NCBI GenBank assembly: GCA_036785375.1
Contig: JAWMAR010000079.1
Coordinates: 1,240,001-1,304,000, forward strand
Length of the DNA: 64,000 nt
Reading direction: 5' to 3'
Source of the DNA: Leucoraja ocellata
Lineage: Eukaryota
Part shown: one piece after another, positions 37,751 to 48,427 of the stretch
How positions within the stretch are numbered: position 1 is the stretch's first letter
Layout of the letters: each line of letters starts with the position of its first letter
The notes under the pieces: model-generated
What the model was told of the DNA's origin: nothing
Database searches by the model: none
Seen by the model: the letters and a program-made list of their open reading frames with translations, nothing else
Made by a program: the position numbers and the translations under genes

Positions 37751-39150
37751 GGTGGTTCCTAGTTCATATGAATACCTTTTTAAGTTAATGCATCATTACA
37801 CTATTTTTATAATTTGTAATATCAAATTATGTATGGCATGCACTGAGGGTTTACCCTCGATTTGTCCAATTTCAAAATAGCATATATGTGTGTTCCAATG
37901 TGTGCTCCGTACGATTAATCCTCAGAGGTTCGTCTGCTTTTAAAAACCTTATTGGAGGTTGTTTTCTTCAGCTGGTGGCCTTTTACTCTTTGCACCAAAT
38001 TGTTCCTACCAACCGATATTATTTGCCAATTAAACAGCCATTCTGCAGGATTATTTATTCCCCCTTTGAACTTAATCCATTCTCCTTATTGTGCCAATTT
38101 AGCGTGGTCTGCAATCTTTTCTATATTTATAATGATTAATTCTTGAATCACTCTGGCATTTACAGCCACTGCTCTACTGAAGTCTCTATTCTAGCGTGTG
38201 ACTTAAACGTTCCTGACAACATTAAATTAAATGAACCGCCCCGCAGTTTAAACCGTTGCCCCTTTCTCATCTCATGTAATTTAAAGTTGTGCCCTGGATT
38301 TGTTTCCTAATATTTCTTCCTGGATTTCTAATTTTCAGGCTGAATTGCCCATCCTTTATGCTGCCTGATTCTCCAAGTTATATAGAATATTCATCAATCA
38401 GTGTAGTTTTGTGGTTGTCCAGCAATGCAGCAATTTAAATTGATCAATATATTGACTGGACACTTTATACATTACAAAGCACTTTCTGAAATGAGGAATC
38501 CTGTTCTATCACAGGATTTTTTTAGCTTTTTTGATGGGGGGTTAATCGACATAATCTAGTATGTTAGTCACAAGATTGTGTTTTAAATTGAGATTAAAAA
38601 TTAAAAAAAGCTTTAAACCCATTTGAATAATCTTTGCTGAAATGTTAGATTGCCCCCAATGCTGCAACTGAACGTTTGTAACATCAGTGTGGTGTGTTAA
38701 CATTTTGACATACACAACATCCTGAACTCTTTCTCCCCTGATCTGTCCCCTGCTGCCTCCCTTGCCAGGACTGCTATATCAAGATGGATATGAGCTTAAT
38801 GTTAGGTGAGGAACATGCTTAAGAGACCTCCAGTCTTCTGCTCCCAAATCCCTAACTGGTTTTGCTCAGCAAAGGTATCAGGAAGAAGGAGTGGGTATGA
38901 TATAGAGATGGATGACAGCCATGGTCCCATGAAATAGTGCAGCAGATTCAAAGGGCTGAATGGCCTCCTGCTCCTGTTTTCGATGTTTACAAGTCACAGC
39001 TTTGAGTGGGTCATCAGTTGATCTCCTCACCATTTTTTTTTTTTAACGCAAGAATGTTATGCACGAATGCCGCTATTAAAATTGGGCACTGAATCAGAGT
39101 GCCTGTGGAATTGTTTAATTTAAAGTATTGTGCTGTGTTCAATCTAACAG

Positions 39151-39249
39151 AAACAGCAACTGAAAACACTGTTGATGGCAAGAGAACGAGAGCAACAAGA
39201 CAATTCGAAGATGCTGGAGAACCTGAAAGCGAAACTTAAAACATACGAG
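39151..39249 (+). CDS. UACA: UACA coiled-coil exon: KQQLKTLLMAREREQQDNSKMLENLKAKLKTYE
   Basis: ctaacag acceptor, GAG|gtgcgt donor; 99 nt. Confidence 0.88.
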
Positions 39250-40839
39250 GTGCGTGGATGACATTTCAGGGCAAAGAATAAATCACTAATACTGTGATCC
39301 AAACAGACTGCTTCGTCCATCAATGCTAATATATTCTGTATCCCATTCAATCCAGCCACCAGCCACTTTTGGTCAGTATTTAGAGCACAGACAGGCCATT
39401 CATTTAACAAAATGGGTTTGTGCTAATATTGACACTCCACACAAACCTCTCAGTGCTCCTTGTCATATTCATATCAATGTATACTTTTTTTTCTTGGGTA
39501 TTTATCCGATTTCCCCCTAATTCTCTTAAGCTGTGTCCTGTTCAGAAAATTCCACCTTCTCACTCCTCTGTAAAAAAATATTGAATGGTTTATTAGCGAT
39601 TTTTATTATTTGTGCCTTTTGTTCTGTTCCCCTCTAAGTAGAAACATCTCCACATCTACTTAATTGGATTCTTTCCTATCCTTGAAGCTCTCCGTTAGGC
39701 CACTCCTGTTGAGAATTGATCCTTTGTGTTTAATCTTTAACACACATTCATGCCTTTTGTCATTCAAAAAGTGATGAGGAGAAAGAATGCATTGAGTAGC
39801 TGAAATACAAGTACTGGTGCTGTCTGTGGAAGCTGATTCAACTGTACAGTTCAAAATGGAGTTAGATAGGTGTCTGAAAGGAAATAATCTTTGATGCCAA
39901 GGGATTGGGACTCACTGGATTTTCCTCGCATGGAGTTGGTATGGTCTTGGAACAGAAGAACATAGGCCACTTGGCCCCTCAAGCCTACCCTATCATTCAA
40001 CATCAAGGCTGGTCAGTTCCAGACCTCGTTTTTTCTGCTGCGCTTATTCCTTGCGCTCAATACCTGATCTTTTAAAAAAATATCAACAACTTTGTTTTCA
40101 AACACACCTAATGATCATCCCTGCAAGGAAGAGAATTCCAGAGATTCATCATCTTCTGCAAGAGGTTCCTGTGCACCTTGGGTTTAAATGACTGCTCCCT
40201 CACCCAGTAACTATGTCCCCTCATTTGAAATTCTCTCCCTTCCATAAATAAGGGGACTAAACTGCACTGTTTGCCAGTTGTGGCCTGATCAGTACCCTGT
40301 ACAATTACAACAATATTCCTTTTTTAAACAGCAATCCTCTCGCAAAAAAGGGCAGTAAGTAATTTGCCTTCTTAACCACTTGCTATATCTGTCTGCACAA
40401 GATTAGCAATTCGTGCACAAGAATGCCTGGATCCCTCTGCTCCCTGCAGTCATTCTAATTGAGACAGTTTGCTCTTAAGAGGAATCTGAAGGCAGACTAT
40501 TATCTCGAATCTCAAAGTGCACAACCTCATTTTCCCAAACTGAATTCCATTTGCCAATAATTCACCGACAGCTCCAATATCCAAGTACTGTTGCAGAATT
40601 GTAAAATTCTCATTGCAACATGCCCTCCCACATACTTTAAATTACTTGCACTCTGTCCTACTTGCAGGTCAGTAATGACAATTTCAAAGAATTGTGGGCT
40701 AAGATCTGGTCTCAGGAACACTGACTGAAAATGGTGTATATATTCTGATGCTCGTATGTGATAACCCTATCTGGTGATAGGAGCTTTGATGTGGTATCTT
40801 GTGAAATTCCTTTTGAGATACCCTTTGCACTAAAAACGG

Positions 40840-41500
40840 ATAAATAGAGGCCGGAGTAGGCCATCAAGCCTGCCCCATTGTTTAATATCATAGCTGATCT
40901 ATGCTAGCCTCAATTCATCTGTGCTATTTCTCTTTCTTACATTCCTTGCTCTTTCAAATATTAATCCACCTCCACTTTAAACACTTCTAATGATCCGGCT
41001 TCTGCCACTCGGTGGGACAGAGAACTCCAGAGGTTCACCAGCATCTGAGAGAAGAAATGTCCATAAGTCTCAGATTTAAATATCCTGCCCCTTATCTTGC
41101 AGTTGTGTCCCCTTGTTTGAGTCTTTCCATTGGTGTAAACATCCCAGCATCTAACCTGAGAAACACCTTTAAGGTCATGGGTCTTTGAATAAGGCCATCC
41201 CACATTCTTCGAGAAGACTGCAAGTAATACGAAACCAACTATTTAGTTTATCTGGTTGGGACAAGCCTCTCATCCCAAAGATTGCCCTGATGAAGCTCCT
41301 TTGCACTGCCATGTCTTTTTTTTTTTGGTAAGAGGATCAAAACTATGCACCGTGCTCTAGGTCGGGTCTCACCAATCCTGTACAATTACAACAAACCCTA
41401 TTTTTAAACACCCGCCCCCTGTGCAATGGAAGTAAAATTGCCATTTGCTGTCCTAACTACTTATTGTATTTGTGATTCATGCACTAGAATGCCTAGAGCC
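40840..41500 (-). mobile_element. CR1 LINE 3' remnant
   Basis: Minus-strand translation QTRGHNCKIRGRIFKSE..FFSQMLVNLWSSLSHRVAEAGSLEVFKVEVD. Confidence 0.8.
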
Positions 41501-41529
41501 CTCCATACCACGACGAACTGTACACTGCA

Positions 41530-41850
41530 AGGGCCAGGAAGAGAGTGGGTAAGATCATCTCTGACTTCCTCTCATCCTGGCCACAAACGCTTTGAAGCAC
41601 ATCCCTCTGGAAGGTGACTCTGGACTGTCAAAGCCGCCACAGCCAGACATTTTTTCCATGAGCAGTAGCTCTACTCAACAACCAAAACTCCTTTTGCTCT
41701 GGTATTTTACTTCATTCTTCACATGTTTAAATTATAATATTTTATTTTTAATTTTCTATGATTATCGTGTTGTTACTTGCGAGCAAAGCACCAAGGCAAA
41801 TTCCTTGTATGTGTACATATTTGGCTAATAACATTTATTCAATTCAATTT
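41530..41850 (+). mobile_element. Rex1/Babar-type LINE 3' fragment
   Basis: SHPGHK.FE..PSGR motif and a ttcaattcaatt tail. Confidence 0.7.
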
Positions 41851-42574
41851 GCGCTCTCCATTTAGATTACAATCTGCCTTTTGATTTCTCTTCCAAAGTT
41901 CATGACCTGGCACTTCCACAGATTAATCTCCCTTTGCGTGTATTTCACCCAGACGCTTGATCCATGTACATCCCATTGCAGAATTTCAGTTTCCTGACCC
42001 CAACCTGCCCTTACTCATATTTTCAAATTATCAGTAGGTTTTCTTCTATCATCTCCACTTGTTACATCCTTCTGTGCTCTTAACTATCTGTGACTTACGC
42101 AACCTATTTTATGAATAGGCCTTTAATTTAGACCACCCCACTTTAATGAGTGCATATTCAAACAAAATTTGAGTACAAAGCTCTTGGGTTACATCAGTGG
42201 AGTGGTAGCAGAGAACAAAATTATACTCTTATTCTAATGTGATTGAAATCCCACCAGGGCAATTTCAATTCTGTTATGATCTCAATAAATTGTCTGAGAA
42301 AAAGAGTTAATATCAGGAACGATATCTTTCAAATGGAATTCCATTAAAAGCTCATCTCTAAACTTCTCTGGCGAAGAAAATCTTAAATTTTTGGCTTATC
42401 TGTAATATAGGCGATCATAAATCCAGAGCAAGGTGTGTGTGACCCTTAAGAGCCTGTCCCACTAACGCGACTTTTCAGCGACTGTCTTCAACCTTCAAGC
42501 TCGAGGGCACTCGCCTGAAGAACTTCGAGCTGGATCGACCGTCAGCGATGAAACCGCCAGCCAGATCGACCGTC

Positions 42575-42928
42575 CACACACACACGCCCCACACACGCAC
42601 ACAAGCCCCACACACACCCCACACGCCCCACACATACACACGCCCCACACACACCCCACACACATACACACGCCCCACACACCCCACACATACACACGCC
42701 CCACACACACACACACACACATACACACGCCCCACACATACACACGCCCCACACACGCCCCACACACACACACACACACACACACCCCACACATACACAC
42801 GCCCCACACACACACATACACACGCCCCACACACACACACACACACACACACACGCCCCACACACACACACACACCCCACACATACACACGCCCCACACA
42901 CATACACACGCCCCACACACATACACAC
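42575..42928. repeat. CA-rich compound micro/minisatellite (catacacacgccccacacac variants)
   Basis: Seen directly; runs into the N gap. Confidence 0.95.
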
Positions 42929-43102
42929 NNNNNNNNNNNNNNNNNNNNNNNNNNNNNNNNNNNNNNNNNNNNNNNNNNNNNNNNNNNNNNNNNNNNNNNN
43001 NNNNNNNNNNNNNNNNNNNNNNNNNNNNNNNNNNNNNNNNNNNNNNNNNNNNNNNNNNNNNNNNNNNNNNNNNNNNNNNNNNNNNNNNNNNNNNNNNNNN
43101 NN
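42929..43102. other. Assembly gap (174 N)
   Basis: Run of n. Confidence 0.99.
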
Positions 43103-44911
43103 GGGAAAGCGGGGGAGCGCTGTCTGAAATTCACACCCGCGATGAACAGGAAGGTAAATGACGGCTGGCACAGTAACGGCAAGTCCTATAGAGAGCGCGT
43201 AGAGGGGGGGAGAAGGGGGGAAGAAGGAGTGGAGGCACTTTTAAGAAGCCAATCTTTTAATAACGTTTAGCGGGCATTTAACATTACCGGTCAGTTTTTC
43301 TCAACGAGCTTTACCTACGACTACCTTTGATTAGCTTTGATTGCCTTTGATTACCTACGATAGCATTACGATCTACTATGACCTACCTCGACTAAATCTA
43401 CGAGAAAAAAAATATTGATTTTTTTTTTCTTTTCTTTATTTTCTTTTTTTCCCCCCCTTTTTTTTACTCGCGGGCATTTTTCAGCATGTTGAACAAAACG
43501 CAGCGACCTAGCTGAGGCCTCGAGTATGCAGGGACTACTCTCAAGCATGAAGGAGAGTTACAAAGACCTCCTTGGACCTCGTGTCGACCATGCTGCGAGT
43601 ACGAGTCGAGGGCAAACTCTTCTAAACTTGCGAATTAGGTCGCCGCAGTGGGACAGGCTCTTTACTTTTTCATACATTATGATAGCATTCTGCTCGGTTT
43701 AGGAATAATTGGTAAATACTGGTTTGCTAACAGACCCGAGGTTTTGGGCAAAGTAGTACATCTGGAAGAATTTGAGGCAGGTGATAATATCATTAACTGC
43801 AACAATGAAATTGTCTGGAATTAGCAGAGTGCAGATATCTTGGAGCTTGTAGGGCTGTAGAAGATAAAGCAGATTTGGAAGGACAAAGCCATGGAGACTT
43901 CACAGTTTAAAATGTTAAGATATTTAACGAGAAACTAAATGAGGCATCCCTAATACTCTGGTTAAAAATTGGTAATTAACTGGTTCCCCTGGAGAAGCCT
44001 ACATGGTCAACTCTTACTGTCTTCAGGACAACCATGGTTGAATCTATTCACACACCCTTTCCCCAGCAATCATAATGCAGTTCATTAACAAAAAATCCTA
44101 ACTCTTAGGTGTTAAATCAACTATTCAACCAATATCAGTTGGCATCGGCAGAAATTACAAGCTTTTGTTACCCTGTGTGTAGAAATGCTTCTGAACTTCA
44201 TCGCAGAATTTTCCAATCAATGACCCCCTTGTCTCAAATTCCAGTGAAATAATTGTTATTACACCTATTATTTCCCCCTTCAAAATGCAGGAAGTAAACA
44301 ATGGGACAGTCAATCTGATTGCCATAGGATGAAGGATATCATTCAGTTGTGGCTGTTTCTTGTTTTTGTGTCCCTCTGAGCCATATTCCAGATGTCTACA
44401 TTCTTCTGCAGTGCAATTACAGTACAGATACAGGAAAAAAGTCAAAATTAATTTGTCTGGTTCTGTTGATGCCTCCAAGTTACGTATTTGAAATAGTCAT
44501 GTTCTGAATCAGGTCTTCAATCTCTCTTTTGGTTGATAATATTGACTGAATTACAGAGTGAGTGCAATCCACAATACATTCCAATCCCTCTGCACGCCAT
44601 GCCCAAACTCTTTCTTGTTAACTTTCAACTCCTTCAAAGATTGTGTGGTATGTTTTGCTGGCTTGAATTAATTTTTCATTCATTTTGAGATTTGTTTTTG
44701 AAGCAGAGGATAAAACTGTTTTTCCATTATTTGGGTGCTCTTTCTCTGACATTGTGGTCCTGTTAAAGAATACCATTATTTTCCCAATGATGTGGTTTAA
44801 CATTTATTCTAAGGAAAAAAAGACTTGCATGTAAGCAGACACGAAGCTGGATGGAGCTGTACCTCATTGATCCTTTAAGATCTACACCAGGGCAGCCTGG
44901 ATCCTGGAGAT

Positions 44912-45132
44912 AGACACAAAATGCTGGAGTAACTCAACGGGACAGGCGGCAAATCTGGAGCGAAGGGATGGGTGACGTTTCAGGTCGAGTCTCTTCTTCG
45001 TGTCCAAAGAACGTTCTTGACCCAAAACGTCACCCATTCCTTCTCTCCAGAGATGCTGCCTGTCTCTCTGAGTTACTCCAGCATTTTTTCTATCTTTGGT
45101 TTAAACCGGCATCAGCAGTTTCTTCCTATACA
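44912..45132. mobile_element. Fold-back PLE-terminus insertion with about 15-bp TSD
   Basis: Head-to-head inverted copies of the PLE terminal repeat; ctgg(a/t)tcctggagat at 44897-44911 and 45133-45147. Confidence 0.8.
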
Positions 45133-45504
45133 CTGGTTCCTGGAGATCTAGGTGCTCACAGCTAAACTTGTGATTGTACAGAGGTCAAGAATGGAGAAGC
45201 AAAGTTTAGTCCCTCTGTAATTAGCAATGATGCCTTTAGCTTTCAAGACTTGACAGTCTGTGATTCCCTTTGTAAATCCCCCCTTCTCTTTCAAGATGTT
45301 CCTTCAAACATTGCTTTGACCAAGCATTTGATCTGTCTGAATACCACCTCTTGTGACCACCTCTTTTTATTCATTGGATAAAAAGCTGTAATAACCAAAC
45401 GTTGCACATTGTAATTATGCTGAATTTGCTGTTTCAATACTAGTTGCTGGTAGAGCTTCCCATTTACTCTCAATGAACCTTGTGTGTTGATGTTATGATT
45501 GCAG

Positions 45505-45553
45505 GCTGGGCATCTATATGAACAGATGACAGCTGGAATCCAGTCAGCAAAGG
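45505..45553 (+). CDS. UACA: UACA small exon: AGHLYEQMTAGIQSAK
   Basis: ttgcag acceptor, G|gtaagt donor; 49 nt, phase 0 to 1. Confidence 0.72.
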
Positions 45554-47149
45554 GTAAGTACAAATATTTTTTAATTCTGACTTTGAAATTTTGCACCCAT
45601 GAATTTACATTTTTGGAATGGTCAGCAAAAAAATGCATTGGCGAATGGTGACGCCCTCATTATAGTGACATAGACAGATTTGCATGGATCAAAGTTTATT
45701 TTTTGTGTAATTTGATTTGTATTGCATTTGTCAGATGTAAATTGATAAATGTGTGACAAGAAATTGAACGATGATCTTACCTTGGGATGCAATGCTGTGA
45801 ATATCTCTAAGAACTTTTGCAATTGTTCATGTTGCTCTCGGGAGCTCCAATGAATGCAGTATTTTAAGTGATATGTTTTTAGTTCCTTGGCTGTGAATGG
45901 TTAATTCATTAGTAATTGTGGTATTTCAAGATCTTGCTGTTTTTATGGCTGCAAAGCCTGTGTATTTTACCCTTATTGCATCGAGCAAACAATCTTGGCT
46001 TTGATTAGGTTATTTTTTTTTTAAGTGGACAGATTCCTGATTACTTCTTTGTTAACTGGCTGGTGTCTTGGGTAGATGTAATGCACTTCAATTGTTTGCA
46101 TGTTGAGCTTGTGCTGTCCCATTGCAGCTGAACTGTGAAATAGGAAGCAATCTAAAATAATGAAAGCATTTCTCTCAAGGCAGCTGCTGGCACTCAAATC
46201 TATCCTTCAATCAGAAAGGGCATTCAGATTTGTCAAGGTTTCTGTAGTGAAAATCTTTTCACAAGCATGTGAAGTGTGTTAATTAGCAGGGTTTATATGT
46301 AAATTATTTATCCTTTGGCATACATTAATGAATCAGATGCTTTGTGTTGGAAGGTGCTTTCCCATTTTAAGGAATGCTGAGTGTTCACAGATGTAAAGTC
46401 AATTTTGCTCTATCCTAACAGTCCACCTAAATTTTCATCTCCGATGCACTACCTGTATGCTTTCAGTCAGAAGGCCCGTGTGGTTCCTCTATGTGAAATT
46501 TGTGCTTTGTGCTGAATGCAATACAACATGTAGAATGTGGCCATTTGTCTCATTGAAGACATGCTGGTTTTTTTGAAGCATAATCTGGCTAATCCTACTT
46601 CCCAGGCTTATCGCAAATCCCTTGTTTTTTGTTTCCTTCGTGGATTGATCAGATTCCCTTTCTGAAAACTCATTAAAGCTGCTCCCATTGACAAACGCCA
46701 CTGAGGAGAGAGGGTATTGCTGATATCACCTCATATCTCAAAGAAACCAGTTATATTTTGCTGCTGTAAATGGTGCTCTCTAAACACTAGTTAACTCTGA
46801 TAACACCCAGAGCAGAACTCTGATAACACCCAGAAATGGATAAAAATTTCCCCAAGCATGATCTCTAGATGACAAAGAGTCATGTCCCATCTTCAGGTCC
46901 CTATTCCAGAGATCAAGAGATCCATCTTCAGGTCCCTATTCCAGTTCCAAGCCAAGCTCTCAATTATCTTGTAGCGTATTTAGTGATGCGCTAGATTTAT
47001 TTTTTCATTCCTTTGAGGTGCGAAGAAAATCATATTGCAAATCCAATTATGGAATGAACTGAGTGTAAAATTGCCAAATATAATTAAAAATGTGTAAGCA
47101 CACTTTGTAATAAATATTTGTTTTCTGCTTCATTTTTTTCTGAAACAAG

Positions 47150-47187
47150 TGAAAGAAGAACTAGCTCTTTCGGGCATGGAATCACAA
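47150..47187 (+). CDS. UACA: UACA small exon: VKEELALSGMESQ (AAG acceptor)
   Basis: Strong T-tract then aacaag|, CAA|gtaagt donor; 38 nt restores phase 0, which the large exon needs. Confidence 0.72.
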
Positions 47188-47554
47188 GTAAGTAACTTTT
47201 TTTTAATCCTGCTTGACGTGGTGTATAAAAATAATTGGATAGCCGGACCCATTTTTCTTCCAGTATAGTGTAGTACAACAGGTAAAAAGACCCTTTGGTG
47301 GATTGGTCATGCTGACCTCAAAAACATCCGTTATGCTCATCCTATCTATCTCGTGTATCCCTATCACCGCCTCTGGAAAATTGACAGATGAATGGGAAGA
47401 AGGGTCCCGACCTTAAATGTCACCTGTCTATTTCCTTCCATGGATGCTGCATGACCTGCTGTGTTCCTTCCTCATATTGCCTGGTTTTGATATGTTGAAT
47501 AGAAGGAGGGAGGTTGTAGAACTAGAGAAATCAAAGGCACAGAAGCCAAAGGTT

Positions 47555-47870
47555 GGTACAGTGTCACAGCTGGTACAGTCGCTGCCTCACGGCACCAGAG
47601 ACCCTAGTTCAATCCTGACTTCGGGTGGCTGTCTGTCTGGAGTTCAGCACATTCTCCCTGTAACTACATGAGTTTCCTCCGGGTGCTTTGGTTTCCCACA
47701 CATTGCAAAGACATCTGGGTTTGTCAGTTAATTGGCCTCTGTATATTGCCCCTAATGTGTAGTGAGTGGATTAAGTGGGATAACATTGAACTAGTGACAA
47801 TGGGTGATTGATGGTCACGTGGACTCGGCAGGCCAAATGGCCTGTTCCCATGCTGTATCTTTAAACTAAG
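47555..47870 (+). mobile_element. V-SINE copy
   Basis: ggtacagtgtcacagctggtacagtcgctgcctcacggcaccagagaccctagttcaatcctgac head plus V-domain. Confidence 0.8.
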
Positions 47871-48427
47871 AAGCATTCCATTTTGGAGATGTTTCAATGG
47901 TTTTAATACAATTTCTTATGTAAGTGCCCTCCATAAGCAGGCAGCTTTATTTTATACATATAGATTAGGCCAACAACATTATTAGAAACAGGTAGATATT
48001 TTGCCAAAATGTTGGTTATTACCAACAATAAGATTAGTAATTATTATAGTATTTATTATAGTGTACTGAAACACAGTGAAAACTTTTTTGTCAAATCATG
48101 CTATACCTGAGTACTATCAAGCCATGCACAAGTACGAAGCAAAGAGAGAAAATACCGAGTGCAGTATATAGTGTTACAGCATTATGGCATTGCAGTTATA
48201 GAGAAACTGCAGCTAAAAAAGTGCAAGGTTTGCAATGAGGTAAGTTGGGAGATTGGGTCTACTTGGTTGAGGTCTATAGGTCACGATAGTTTGCCTCAAA
48301 TTGATGAAATAACATTTAGGATCACGGCACCATTTGCCAAATAGTTTCACAAAATTACCACGCGTTTTGGATATTTCATTCAACTTGTTATGCTGTAGTA
48401 ATGGCTTTCTAAATATTTTTATTACAG

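Larger units (their letters stand above)
42449..43661. mobile_element. PIF/Harbinger-type non-autonomous element carrying an internal minisatellite and an assembly gap
   Basis: Perfect 15-bp TIR AGAGCCTGTCCCACT/AGTGGGACAGGCTCT; 3-bp TSD TTA (42446-42448, 43662-43664); CpG-rich body. Confidence 0.85.

Noticed and set aside
42475-43270. ORFs of 143-240 aa (HT- or CV-rich)
   Set aside because: Translations of a CA repeat and an N gap.
46793-46944. Repeat-spacer-repeat pattern as a CRISPR-like array
   Set aside because: Only two copies of each of two unrelated repeats, spacers of 4-12 nt, vertebrate intron, no cas genes.
47555-47630. tRNA gene
   Set aside because: The A/B-box-like head belongs to a V-SINE and continues directly into the SINE body.
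47923-47936. 14-bp match to the Tc1 TIR tip (agtgccctccataa)
   Set aside because: No continuation into TIR sequence and no partner end; could be chance.
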